The notes under the pieces are model-generated. The model saw only the letters and a list, made by a program, of their open reading frames with translations. It was not told where the DNA came from and did no database searches. 37,660 bases of DNA, from positions 1 to 37,660 of IMG/VR virus record IMGVR_UViG_3300048849_000159; one strand, written 5' to 3'. Origin of the DNA: a virus (lineage: Duplodnaviria; Caudoviricetes). Below are positions 8,161 to 17,767 of the stretch, in pieces. Both the position numbers and the translations under genes were made by a program. The number at the start of each line of letters is the position of its first letter. The stretch's first letter is position 1.

Positions 8161-9132
8161 TCAGGCGACCCGGACGACGTTCAACGTGAACGTCGGCGCG
8201 ATCTGCTTCCCCGTGGTCTGGTACCCGAACACCCGGTACCCAGTCGGCGCCGTCACCTTCGTCGGGAACGTCACCGACTCCCGGTCCTCACCAGCACCGA
8301 ACGAACCCCGCGCGTACGTCTCACCGCTCGGCGAAGCGACCTCCACGAACGAACGACCCGTCGCCTTCTGCGGCAACGTCATCGTCGCGGTGATCTCGTA
8401 GATGCCCTCATCGAGCGTGAACACACCCGAGTCGGCCATGCTCATCCACGAGTCGTTGTCCGCCGACGACACCGCGAACCCGAGAACCGCAGACGGGTTC
8501 GCGTTCGCCATCTGCGTTGACCGCTGCCCACGCCAGTACCCCTGCATCGGTCCAGCTACCCACTCAGGGGAAGCAAGAGACCCCGACGCCCGGTACGTGC
8601 GCCGAACATCAGTCGCCAGCGCTTCTGTCCCGTTGAGGAACAGCAGCGGATCCATCTGCTTCAGATCAGTCGACGACGCCACCACCAGCCGAGGCTGCAC
8701 TCGAGGTCGCGGCGAGTACAACGCCGCCGCAGCGAGCGTCTGCCCCGCCTGCCGCACGAAGATGTGCAACGGCAGGAACGCCTGACCCGCCGTGAGCGGC
8801 ACCGTGGTGCCCTTCAGCACCACCAGCTTCACCGGCAGCGTCACGTTCCCCGGGTCGTACAGCAACCCGATGTGGTACTTCGTGGTCGACGTCACCGCCG
8901 GCACCGTCAACGTCACATCAGCGTCCATCTGGTGACCGAAACCGTTCACCACCGCACGAGCCACCCCCGACCGCGACGACCGCTTCACCGTCACCGTGTC
9001 GTTCGTGTTCACCACGATCGCGTACGACGAACCCCAATCATCGAGGATCCCGTTCGACGTCGCACCGACCGTCTGACCCCACGCAGCATTGGTGAGGTCC
9101 AGCCCGACGATCGGGAATGAGCTCTCCGTCAT
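8161..9132 (-). CDS. Minor tail protein
   Basis: Position after Tal-like gene; GVARAVVNGF..H pattern of actinophage minor tails. Confidence 0.8.
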   Translation of the reverse strand: MTESSFPIVGLDLTNAAWGQTVGATSNGILDDWGSSYAIVVNTNDTVTVKRSSRSGVARAVVNGFGHQMDADVTLTVPAVTSTTKYHIGLLYDPGNVTLPVKLVVLKGTTVPLTAGQAFLPLHIFVRQAGQTLAAAALYSPRPRVQPRLVVASSTDLKQMDPLLFLNGTEALATDVRRTYRASGSLASPEWVAGPMQGYWRGQRSTQMANANPSAVLGFAVSSADNDSWMSMADSGVFTLDEGIYEITATMTLPQKATGRSFVEVASPSGETYARGSFGAGEDRESVTFPTKVTAPTGYRVFGYQTTGKQIAPTFTLNVVRVA

Positions 9133-9141
9133 CTGTTCTCC

Positions 9142-10299
9142 TTAGATCGCCAGCAGCTTCTGCTGTTGCTTCAACATCCGAGCGACATCAGCGTTCGTCT
9201 TCGTGGTCCAGTTCGACGAGTCCCGAGACCCGACAACCGCAGACACCTTCTGCGACGCGGACCCTTGCTGCGCCTGCACCGTCGTCGTCACCTCACGGAC
9301 CACGTTCGACAGGTCGAGCCCGTCGATGGTCACACCGACCTTGTCGCCGACCCGCCAGTCCTTCCGGTACTGAATGTCAGCCGTCCCCGTGACCGTGAAC
9401 GACACCGCGACCGGGTTCGACCCATCCGACAGAGCGTCAACGCCGGCATCGCTGAGCTCCCCCGTGTCAGAGGTCTGCCGCTGATCGACCAGCTGCTCCA
9501 CCTTCATGCCCCACAAGGACTCCGCCGCAGCATCAACCTTCTCGGCGAACAGACGATTCACGCCCTGCCCACCGCCGGCGACGATCGCGTCAGTGACCGT
9601 CGGGCGGGACAACGTGTACGACCAGTCCTCACCGACGAGGCCAGCAGTGAAGTCCGAGGAGGAACCGAACCGGATGTTCGCGGTCAGGTCCCGCACCGGA
9701 CGGACCGTCAACCCCAGATACGGGCTGGTGTCCTCACCGTGGAGCACATCAACATGCAGGCTCCCCGACTCGGACACGTCAGCGACGAGCTCACCAAGAC
9801 CACCGAGACGGCCCTTGATCGACACGTTCTTCCCACGGCCCTGCGATGCAGGAACACGCAACCCACGGACACGCCTCGAGGTGAGAGCGCCAGGGCCGGC
9901 GTTCGCGTTCACGTAAGCGAGGAGCACCGTCTCCGCTGGCCCCGACCGGTTGTCGTACGCGGCCGGTTGCGCGGTGATCGGCTTCGACGGGTCCGGGTAC
10001 AAGATCCGACCCGTGAGAACGTCCATGTCGGACACACCAGACACGGTCGACGTGGTCGGGCCCCGCTGGATGGACGTGACCGGGCCAGACATGACGAGCG
10101 TGTCGCCGTCCGTGATGATCACACCCGCACCAGGGGTGAGCAGTCCGGGGAGGCCGACGTTCAACGCCTGCACCTGCCATGTCCCCGAAGCGGCGCCGGT
10201 GACGTTGTGCCGTTCCACCACCGTCAGCGACGACCAGAACCGCACCGGATCGGAATCGCGCACCAGGTTCGCGTTGCGAGGCTGGATCGTCCACACCAT
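9142..10299 (-). CDS. Minor tail protein (ReqiPepy6 Gp37-like / Tal hub)
   Basis: YDNRSGPAETVLLAYVNANAGPGA, AIVAGGGQGVNR, YRKDWRVGDKV motifs; follows Dit. Confidence 0.85.
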   Translation of the reverse strand: MVWTIQPRNANLVRDSDPVRFWSSLTVVERHNVTGAASGTWQVQALNVGLPGLLTPGAGVIITDGDTLVMSGPVTSIQRGPTTSTVSGVSDMDVLTGRILYPDPSKPITAQPAAYDNRSGPAETVLLAYVNANAGPGALTSRRVRGLRVPASQGRGKNVSIKGRLGGLGELVADVSESGSLHVDVLHGEDTSPYLGLTVRPVRDLTANIRFGSSSDFTAGLVGEDWSYTLSRPTVTDAIVAGGGQGVNRLFAEKVDAAAESLWGMKVEQLVDQRQTSDTGELSDAGVDALSDGSNPVAVSFTVTGTADIQYRKDWRVGDKVGVTIDGLDLSNVVREVTTTVQAQQGSASQKVSAVVGSRDSSNWTTKTNADVARMLKQQQKLLAI

Positions 10300-10309
10300 C
10301 AGCAGCCTC

Positions 10310-11371
10310 CTAGTACGCCGACAGCCAGTGGTTGAACCAGCTGACCGTCAACGACGTCCCATCACCCGACGAGTTCAGGGCGATGTTCACCGAGTTGCGT
10401 CCCGGCATCAGCGGAGCGAACGTCGAGTTGAAAGTGAACTTCGACCACGCGACCTGCCCGTTCACACGAGCGGAACGGCGAAGCGGATGCGTCACCAACG
10501 ACAACATCTCCCCGTCGGGGATCGACGAGCTCATCACCACGTTCGCGCCGGGGAACTCCACCGACGCCAACGTCGCCGGCCCCGTCACATCCATGTCGAT
10601 CCACACGGGCACGTCACCGTCAACATCCATCTGCATGCCGTTCCCGATGACGACAGCGCTCGTCAACGAACGAGACCACGGCGCAGACCCGGAACCATCC
10701 GCGAGGAACACCTCACCGGACTGCACCGTGAACGTCTTCACCGTCTTCTCACGCGCATGCCAGAACGGGTCCGCCGCGACGAGCGTCAACCCGAACTTCT
10801 CCCACCGGGTACCCGAGCCGGATCCGCCGTGCGCGCCTTCCATGCCGGACCTGTACGTAACGTCGAGGAGCCGCTCACCGACCGACGACGACACCCCCAA
10901 CCGGAACGTTCCCGTCAGCCCAGTCACCGACTGCCACCACGCACCAGTCAGCAGCCCACGGAGCTCGTTCAGCTGCTGGAAGAACACTTCCTGCGACCGG
11001 TCCGAAGCGAACTTCATCGGGAGGAACACTTCCCGTTCCCCAATCGTGATTTCCTGCAGCTGCGACCCCGGCACACCGGGCGTCACCAACGTCGCAACGT
11101 CGACCGGTGGCAGCTCGAGACCGGTCGCGCCGGGCATCAGGATCCGTTCCGCGTCCACGTTCAACGGGATCACCGTCAGCCCGTCCATCGACTCGAGCCA
11201 GTACACGCGGGTGTCGGCGCGGGGCAAGATCGGCGGTGTCGTGGGGAACGACACATCCGACCCTGCCCCGTTGCCATCGACGATGTCGGTGAACACGTCG
11301 CCGGGTGAGCCGCCGTCGAGGATGTCAGCAACCACAGTGGACGGTGAACCGCCATCGATCAGAGTCGCCAT
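10310..11371 (-). CDS. Distal tail protein (Dit) with N-terminal DGG repeats
   Basis: Follows TMP; GLELPPV..PGVPG..EREVFLP, LVAADPFW, PLMPGRN. Confidence 0.85.
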   Translation of the reverse strand: MATLIDGGSPSTVVADILDGGSPGDVFTDIVDGNGAGSDVSFPTTPPILPRADTRVYWLESMDGLTVIPLNVDAERILMPGATGLELPPVDVATLVTPGVPGSQLQEITIGEREVFLPMKFASDRSQEVFFQQLNELRGLLTGAWWQSVTGLTGTFRLGVSSSVGERLLDVTYRSGMEGAHGGSGSGTRWEKFGLTLVAADPFWHAREKTVKTFTVQSGEVFLADGSGSAPWSRSLTSAVVIGNGMQMDVDGDVPVWIDMDVTGPATLASVEFPGANVVMSSSIPDGEMLSLVTHPLRRSARVNGQVAWSKFTFNSTFAPLMPGRNSVNIALNSSGDGTSLTVSWFNHWLSAY

Positions 11372-11385
11372 CAGGTGCCCTTTCG

Positions 11386-14300
11386 TCAGCCGTTCGCCAG
11401 CACTTCGCGGCGATGCATCCAGTCCTCGAACTCGCGGATCGCTCCACGGTCCGCGTTGTGGAACACGGGCGCGTACGTGGAACCGCCGCCACTCTCGGAC
11501 GAGACGATCTCCCGCAGCGTCTGCATCGGCAGCGCCACCTCCGGGTCACGGAGGTTGTTCTGCACCAGAGACAGCCCCTGGGGGAGCACCCCGCCCTTGT
11601 CGTACAAGGTGGGCGTCAACCCGCCGACGATGCCGCCGGCAGCCATACCGCCGCCAGCCTTGCCGCCCTTGTACTCGAAGTGCCACGGCTCACGCTGCGC
11701 GAACGACAACCCAGTCGGGTACCACCCGAACCGGGGACCGTTCGCACGCATCCACGCCTGCGACCCGCCACCAACGTCAGCAGCGAGACCGTACCCGTGA
11801 ACAGACGTGCCCGGAGTCGCCGCCAAGTTCCCACGGCCAGCCCGATACGCGGCGTACCGCATCTGCTGGTTCGCGAGATCCCGGTACCCCTCCGTCAACG
11901 ACAAGCCACCACCGAACGCACGCTGCATCGCCTCCCACGCGACAGCAGCAGCCTTCCGGAGATACCCGCCGATCGGACCGACACCAGGACCACCCGCGAA
12001 CCCGGACACCTTCGACAACGCCGACTTCGGCAGCTGCCCGTTCGCACCAGACCCACCGAAGTTCCCGACGTCGCCAGCGGCTCCACCCATGTTCTTCAGT
12101 GCCGACACGGCACCGGACAGGAGCTTGTTGCCCATGCCCGCTGCAGCGTCGGCCATGCCGCCCGAACCGGGGATACTCCCGATCACGGACTTCACGAGCT
12201 TCCCGAGGGTCCCCATGGGGTCGGACACGACCTGTGAAGCGGTCTCCGCAGCGTTCTTCGTCCAGTCCCACGCAGCGCCGGCCGCGCCCTTCGTCCAGTT
12301 CCAGGCAGCCTTCGCACCGGACAAGAGCCCGTTGCCGTTGCCGCCATCGGAGCCGGAGCTCTTCTTGACGACGCCGCCCTTCGCGTACCCGGTCATCTTC
12401 CGCACAGCCGAAGCGCCCCCGGAGTTGCCGGCAGCGTTCAAGGCGTGCACGGTGGACGGGCCGAGACCGCGAACCACCTCGGGGACGAGGACACCCTCAC
12501 CGCGACGCATTGGCGTCATCACGTCGTCGCGCTTCGCGGCCTGGTAGCCGGGGATCACGCCGCCTCGAGCGAACCCGTCGGGCAGGCTGATCTTGTCGAT
12601 CTTCTTCGTTCCGAAGAACCCGGCGACCTTGTTGAAGTTGCCAATGAGGGCCTTGTTCACGACGGTCTCGACGACGAACTTGATCGGCGCCTTCGCGGCG
12701 GTCTTGACCGCTTCCCACGCCTTCGCGATGCCATTCTTCATTGTGGTGAACGCGGACGGGATCGTGTTCTTCGCGACGTTCGCGAGCTTGTCGAAGACGG
12801 GCTTCAGCCAGTCCCACACGCTCTTGATCGCCGTCTTGATGCCGTCCCACGCGGGCTTGATCGCGTTGCGGTACAGCCACAGGAACACGGGACCGAGCAC
12901 GTTCCTCACGATGAACACCGCCGCCGTGAAGATGGGCTTCGCGTAGAAGTTCCACCACGCGGAGATGATCGTCCCGATCGCCGTGAATACCGGCTTGACG
13001 ATGGTGTTGTACAGCCACGAGAAGACGGCGCCGAGGGTGTACCGAACGACCGCGACGACGAGCTGGAAGATCGGTGACAGGACGTTATTCCAAGCCCACG
13101 ACACGACCGCCCCGATGCCGCGGAAGACCGGTCCGAAGATGTTCTTCCACAGCCACACCGCGACCGCTGCGACGGCCTGAGCACCCATCTTGATGCCCGC
13201 CCAGATGGCGTCGATACCGGTCTTGAACCAGCCGATGTTCTTGTACGCCCAGATCACCCCGGCGACGAGGAGACCGATCGCGGTGATGATGAGCCCGATC
13301 GGGTTCGCTTTCCACGCGGCGTTGAGGGCTCGCATCGCGCCGGTGACGAGCCACGTCGAGAACGCCCAGAGCTTCTGAGCCGCCGCCACGAGCGGGATCC
13401 TCGCGAGGTACCGCTCCATGCCGATCTTCGCGATGAGGAGCTGCGCGTTGTAGACCTTGTAGGCCAGGACGAGGCCGGCGAGCGCCCCCACGAGAAGCAA
13501 GGTGAGGCCCTTGTTCTCTCGCATGAACCCGGTGACACCGACCAGCGCAGGCCCGATGACGTTCGCGAGCAGGAACGCAGCAGCACGGAACGCTCCGACG
13601 AACGCGCCGGCCATGATCGCCGCTGTCGGCCCAAGGGCTGCAGCGAGGTTCTTCACCGACGGCACCAGGCTCGTGGTGACGAACGACGCGATGTCGCGGA
13701 ACGCCCCCATGATGACCGTGCGGGCCGTCTGCACACCCGACACAACCGCCGGGTCGATCCCGGAGATCGGTGCGGACACCTTCCCCGCGAACGCCAGCTT
13801 CCCGAGCCCACCAACGATGCCGAGGAACTTCGTGACCTTGTCACCAGCACCATCAAGCCCAGCCGCAGCAGAGTTCGCGATGCCCTCGAGCGCCGGAGAC
13901 ACGGTCTCGTAGATGCCGAGCGCGACGTCTTCAAGCTGCGACTGCAGCTTGTCCATCGCACCGCCGAGACCCTTCATGCGGGACTGCGCAACAGCAGCAG
14001 CGCCACCCTGACGGCCGACAGCCTTCGCCATCGCGTCGAACGCCGAAGCACCAGACGACGCAAGCGACGACACCGCCGCCAACGGCTCCCGACCGAACGC
14101 GACAGCCGCGTTCGCCGCGAACTGCTCCTTCGTCATCGTCTTCTGCGCCTCGGACAGCTGCTGGATGATCTCCCGCATCCCGACGAACTTTCCGGAGGAA
14201 TCGAACGCGCTGATCCCAAGCGCTTCGATCGCTCCACCGGCCTGCTTCGAGGGCGCCGACAGGGACGCCATCATGCCGCGGAGGGCAGTACCCGCCGTGT

Positions 14301-15456
14301 CGCCCTTCAGGCCGTTGTTTGCGAGCAGACCAACCGCGGCAGCGGTGTCCGCGATGTTGATCCCGAGCACCCGCGCGACGGGGCCGACGTACTTCATCGA
14401 TGTCGCGATGTCATCCACACCACCAGCAGCAGCGTTGGCAGTGTTCGCCAGCACATCGGCGACCATCGAAGCGTCCTTCGCCGCGAGGCCGAACTGGTTC
14501 AACGCGTTCGACTGGATCTCAGCCGCACGCCCACCATCGACCTGCGCCGCAGCAGCGAGCTGAATCGTGCCCTTCGCTGCAGTCATCGCGTCGGCTGCAG
14601 TAAGACCGCCCTTGGCGAGCTCGAGCATGATCGCCGCAGCATCCTTGCCCGACGTCGCGGGCAGGGTGAGGTCAGAACCCAGCTGACGGGCGGTGGCGCC
14701 GACGAGCACCATCTGCTTGTTCGTTAGACCAGCGACGGCTTGCAGCTCGTTCATCGTCGCCGTGTACTCGTTGCCGAGCTTGATGACCTGGCTCACGCCG
14801 ATGATCGCGCCGAACCCGGCAGCCATCCCCGCAAGGGGCTTCAGCGTTGCCAGAGCTCCGGCCGCGACGTTCTTCGCACCCTGGGCGACCTTCCCCAGCC
14901 CAGAGGACAGGGGAGCGCCGGCGGCGGCGAGCTTCGAGAACCGTCCCGTCATCAACGCGGACTGCTTCGACGCCTGACCCTGCGCCGCCGACAACTGCCC
15001 AGTGACAGTCTTCTGCTCGTTGAACGCAGCCTTCAGCTGATCCTCAACCGCGACGACCCTCATCCCCGCGAGCTGCTGCTTACCGCGCGCCGACGTGAGC
15101 TGCTGCTCCGCCTTCAACGCCTGCGAAGACGACGCCGCGTACTTCTTCCGCTGCTCCGCCAGACGAGCCTCAGCCGCCTGAACACCAACAGCGGCAGCCT
15201 TCTCCTCCGACCGCGCCTTCGCGATCGCAACCTTCTCCGCCTGCACGACCTTCGCCGCCCGCTTCGACGCGACCTCGAGCTCCTGCACGAGCGTCTTCGC
15301 CGCCGACGTCGAACCGCCAGCCGCGACACCAGCCGAGAACTGGCGGCCAGCAGACAGGCCCGCAGCTTTCGCCGCGGTACCTGCCTGCTTCGACATCGTC
15401 GACGCGAACTTCGACATTGAGGGGAGGACGTCCAACCAAACGGCAGAACCGGCCAC
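11386..15456 (-). CDS. Tape measure protein with C-terminal M15 (D-Ala-D-Ala-type) peptidase
   Basis: ~1356 aa, Ala/Gly-rich; TP901-type core; periodic Trp repeats; EGYRDLANQ..PGTSVHGYGLAAD..EPWHFEY; GTG15456 with GGAG RBS. Confidence 0.95.
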   Translation of the reverse strand: MAGSAVWLDVLPSMSKFASTMSKQAGTAAKAAGLSAGRQFSAGVAAGGSTSAAKTLVQELEVASKRAAKVVQAEKVAIAKARSEEKAAAVGVQAAEARLAEQRKKYAASSSQALKAEQQLTSARGKQQLAGMRVVAVEDQLKAAFNEQKTVTGQLSAAQGQASKQSALMTGRFSKLAAAGAPLSSGLGKVAQGAKNVAAGALATLKPLAGMAAGFGAIIGVSQVIKLGNEYTATMNELQAVAGLTNKQMVLVGATARQLGSDLTLPATSGKDAAAIMLELAKGGLTAADAMTAAKGTIQLAAAAQVDGGRAAEIQSNALNQFGLAAKDASMVADVLANTANAAAGGVDDIATSMKYVGPVARVLGINIADTAAAVGLLANNGLKGDTAGTALRGMMASLSAPSKQAGGAIEALGISAFDSSGKFVGMREIIQQLSEAQKTMTKEQFAANAAVAFGREPLAAVSSLASSGASAFDAMAKAVGRQGGAAAVAQSRMKGLGGAMDKLQSQLEDVALGIYETVSPALEGIANSAAAGLDGAGDKVTKFLGIVGGLGKLAFAGKVSAPISGIDPAVVSGVQTARTVIMGAFRDIASFVTTSLVPSVKNLAAALGPTAAIMAGAFVGAFRAAAFLLANVIGPALVGVTGFMRENKGLTLLLVGALAGLVLAYKVYNAQLLIAKIGMERYLARIPLVAAAQKLWAFSTWLVTGAMRALNAAWKANPIGLIITAIGLLVAGVIWAYKNIGWFKTGIDAIWAGIKMGAQAVAAVAVWLWKNIFGPVFRGIGAVVSWAWNNVLSPIFQLVVAVVRYTLGAVFSWLYNTIVKPVFTAIGTIISAWWNFYAKPIFTAAVFIVRNVLGPVFLWLYRNAIKPAWDGIKTAIKSVWDWLKPVFDKLANVAKNTIPSAFTTMKNGIAKAWEAVKTAAKAPIKFVVETVVNKALIGNFNKVAGFFGTKKIDKISLPDGFARGGVIPGYQAAKRDDVMTPMRRGEGVLVPEVVRGLGPSTVHALNAAGNSGGASAVRKMTGYAKGGVVKKSSGSDGGNGNGLLSGAKAAWNWTKGAAGAAWDWTKNAAETASQVVSDPMGTLGKLVKSVIGSIPGSGGMADAAAGMGNKLLSGAVSALKNMGGAAGDVGNFGGSGANGQLPKSALSKVSGFAGGPGVGPIGGYLRKAAAVAWEAMQRAFGGGLSLTEGYRDLANQQMRYAAYRAGRGNLAATPGTSVHGYGLAADVGGGSQAWMRANGPRFGWYPTGLSFAQREPWHFEYKGGKAGGGMAAGGIVGGLTPTLYDKGGVLPQGLSLVQNNLRDPEVALPMQTLREIVSSESGGGSTYAPVFHNADRGAIREFEDWMHRREVLANG

Positions 15457-15471
15457 GGTGCACTCCAATGT

Positions 15472-16289
15472 CTAGTTGTTCGCGAACCAGCCGTCAGCGA
15501 CTGCCTGCATCTCCGCCAGCTGCTGCTCCGAGTACTCGGCGTCCGCTTCGTCCGCATCGGACGGCGCGACCGCCGGTGCCGGCAACAGGTCCGGCTTCGG
15601 CACGGGCGACTTCGACAGCGCCGACTGCACCGTGTAGAGCAGGACCCGCAGGATCGAGTTCGAATCCCGGTTGATCCAGTCGGAATCCCGCCAGTCCGTG
15701 TCCCGATGTGCACGGTGGAACGCTGAATCGGTGGGTAGACCTTCGACGAGGATCCGCAGCTGCCGGGTACTGATGCGCCCCTGCAGGTACTCCGCCAGCG
15801 GATCCCGCGGCGCGTACGTGGACTGCAATGCAGCATCCCCGGGGCCCTGGTGGTCTCCAAGGAGCCGGAGCATCGCCTCAGTGCGGACCTGCACAGCGAC
15901 GGGATGTGTCGCCGGCAGGTCCGCGAGCTCGAGGTCGAACTCGTCGAGGTCTACCCCCGTCAGTTTCCCTGGGTCTTCTTCATGTCCTGTTGCACGGCGA
16001 TCATGACGATATTGATGCCCTCATCGGTACCGCCAGCAGCGATGAACCGGTCGTACTGCTCGTCGCCGAGGAGGATGCGGCCCTGGGCCTCGTCGTCCTC
16101 GTCGTCCATCTCCTTGAAGGCCTTCTTCGTGGCCTTGTCGTAGAAGTACGGGTGCGGGATGTAGAACGGCTCCCCACCCTCTTCCACGAAGATCTCGATG
16201 CGGTCACCGCCGACCGACTCCTCGACCTTCCGCCGAGCGGCGGCGAGGGTGTACGACGTGCGACGATTCTTTTCAGCCTGACTGGTCAT
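15472..16289 (-). CDS. Tail assembly chaperone, frameshift-extended form (gpGT-like)
   Basis: -1 shift at GGGAAAC joins 16289-15963 to an open frame KLTGVDLDEFDLEL...VQVRTEAML continuing to 15472. Confidence 0.85.
15960..16289 (-). CDS. Tail assembly chaperone (gpG-like)
   Basis: Acidic 109 aa between tail tube and TMP; RILLGDEQYDRFIAAGG. Confidence 0.88.
   Translation of the reverse strand: MTSQAEKNRRTSYTLAAARRKVEESVGGDRIEIFVEEGGEPFYIPHPYFYDKATKKAFKEMDDEDDEAQGRILLGDEQYDRFIAAGGTDEGINIVMIAVQQDMKKTQGN
15963..15969 (-). other. Programmed -1 frameshift slippery site G GGA AAC
   Basis: CAG GGA AAC TGA at the end of gpG; X XXY YYZ consensus. Confidence 0.88.
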
Positions 16290-16308
16290 GCGTGGTCTCC
16301 TAGTGAGC

Positions 16309-16375
16309 TTGGTGAGCTCGTGAGCAGGGGTAACAGGTGGCGGCGGCGCAGCTCACCAAACGACGCCGCCACCTG
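16309..16375 (-). promoter_or_regulatory. Hairpin / H-type pseudoknot upstream of the chaperone RBS
   Basis: 12-bp stem 16334-16345/16364-16375; loop 16350-16359 is perfectly complementary to 16309-16318. Confidence 0.55.
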
Positions 16376-16390
16376 GTCTTGGGGGAAGGG

Positions 16391-17020
16391 TCAGCCGCCG
16401 GAGACGACGACGCCCGCCGCAGCGGTCTGCGCCTCCGTGTAGGACTTCCCGATCACCGGGTCGCGGTAGATCGTGAACGTCCGGTTCACTTCCTCGACGT
16501 CCGAGTTGTTGATGGCTCGGTCGTCCATGTCGGTGACCTTGATCCGGTACGCCGCCTCGATGCGGTACACGGCACCGGCGCCGACACCGTCCTGCGCGAG
16601 CGTCAGGGCCCGGTAGTACGAGTCGCCCGAGTCGGGGTCCTCGTCGTAGATCCACGCCGCGTTCTTGTCCGACGGCCACTCCGAGACGGGCTTGCCGTAC
16701 GCGAGGCCCTTCGTCCACCCGTTCGTCTCACCGAACGCCACCTGGAAGGTGTGCGACTTCGACGTGTTGTCGGAACGGACCGGCTCGAGGTCCTGCAGCA
16801 TGTTCGTCTCGTCGACCGACAGGTCGTACGAGTGCGAGATGCCGTCGGTGGTGATGAAGCCCATGTTCTTCCAGCCGGGGGGCAGCGCGATCGGCAGCCC
16901 GTCCGTCCCGAAGAAGGCTTCCGGCACCTCGGTGCCGTAGTCGGCGAGGGCGAGGATGACCCTGCGCCACTTGTGGACGTTGCGGTTGTCGTTGACCATC
17001 TGGTCGACCACGTCAGGCAT
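16391..17020 (-). CDS. Major tail (tube) protein
   Basis: LPPGWKNMGFITTDGI..EPVRSD motif; position. Confidence 0.9.
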   Translation of the reverse strand: MPDVVDQMVNDNRNVHKWRRVILALADYGTEVPEAFFGTDGLPIALPPGWKNMGFITTDGISHSYDLSVDETNMLQDLEPVRSDNTSKSHTFQVAFGETNGWTKGLAYGKPVSEWPSDKNAAWIYDEDPDSGDSYYRALTLAQDGVGAGAVYRIEAAYRIKVTDMDDRAINNSDVEEVNRTFTIYRDPVIGKSYTEAQTAAAGVVVSGG

Positions 17021-17025
17021 GCGTT

Positions 17026-17066
17026 CTCCTTGAACGACAAAGCCGCCCGACGTGCGGACGGCTGAT
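17026..17066 (-). promoter_or_regulatory. Hairpin-RBS element upstream of major tail gene (copy 2)
   Basis: ATCAGCCGTCCGCACGTCGGGCGGCTTTGTCGTTCAAGGAG on the - strand. Confidence 0.6.
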
Positions 17067-17090
17067 GGATGATGAGTGTTGGTGAGCGGC

Positions 17091-17459
17091 CTATTGGGGG
17101 CGTGCGTCGAGCTCGTACGTGCCGACAGCTCGACGCAGCGCCGTGTTCGAGTACGCGACGTTCCCGAACGAGTCCGACTCGCGGACCTGGTCGAAGAGGT
17201 TGCAGAGAACCATCGCGACTTCGACCTTCTGCACGAGGTCCCACACGGCGCCGCGGGTCTTCGCGAAGACCGTCAGATCGACGTGGAACGTCTTCTCGTA
17301 GTCGCGGCCGAACCCGCCAGGGATCCGCTCCACGACAATGCACGGGGCGACGGTCTCGAGGTTCGACGGGGTCTCCGAGTACGTGACAGCGCCCGTCTCC
17401 TGCTTCAAGTAGGCGAGGAGCACCTTCTCGACGTTGGGCCACACCCCGTACACGTTCAT
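17091..17459 (-). CDS. Tail terminator
   Basis: WPNVEKVLLAYL..VVERIPGG pattern; precedes tail tube. Confidence 0.8.
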   Translation of the reverse strand: MNVYGVWPNVEKVLLAYLKQETGAVTYSETPSNLETVAPCIVVERIPGGFGRDYEKTFHVDLTVFAKTRGAVWDLVQKVEVAMVLCNLFDQVRESDSFGNVAYSNTALRRAVGTYELDARPQ

Positions 17460-17767
17460 GCGCCCATCGCTCTCCGCAGGATCGCCTGCTTCGACACACC
17501 CACGTCGCCGTGCTCCAGCGCGGTGGCGTCAGCAGACGTCGCGATCACACGAGCGAACGGACGCTTGTACCCGCCGTTCGCCTTCGTGCCAGGACGAGTG
17601 CCCTCCTCCACACGGAGAGAGTCACCGAACTGCTTCGCCCCAGCCGAGTACGCCAGCCGTTGCGCTCGAGGCAGGATCCGGTCCGCCTTGTCCCGCATCG
17701 CCTTCCGCACCGCAGGATTCCGAACCGCCTGATCGATGATGCCCCGGCCGATGACGACCTTCGGCAT
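17456..17767 (-). CDS. Neck / tail-completion protein (HK97 gp10-like)
   Basis: Basic 103 aa, ALEHGD..ILRRA; position. Confidence 0.7.
   Translation of the reverse strand: MPKVVIGRGIIDQAVRNPAVRKAMRDKADRILPRAQRLAYSAGAKQFGDSLRVEEGTRPGTKANGGYKRPFARVIATSADATALEHGDVGVSKQAILRRAMGA

Noticed and set aside
10332-12368. Long + strand ORFs antisense to structural genes (also 9166-10335, 9950-11308, 21463-22566)
   Set aside because: Shadow ORFs of high-GC codon bias; Arg/Pro/Ser-rich with no motifs
15631-15643. CGTGTAGAGCAGG, a 12/13 match to the att core region
   Set aside because: Mismatch lies in the overlap and the site is inside an intact tail gene; likely chance
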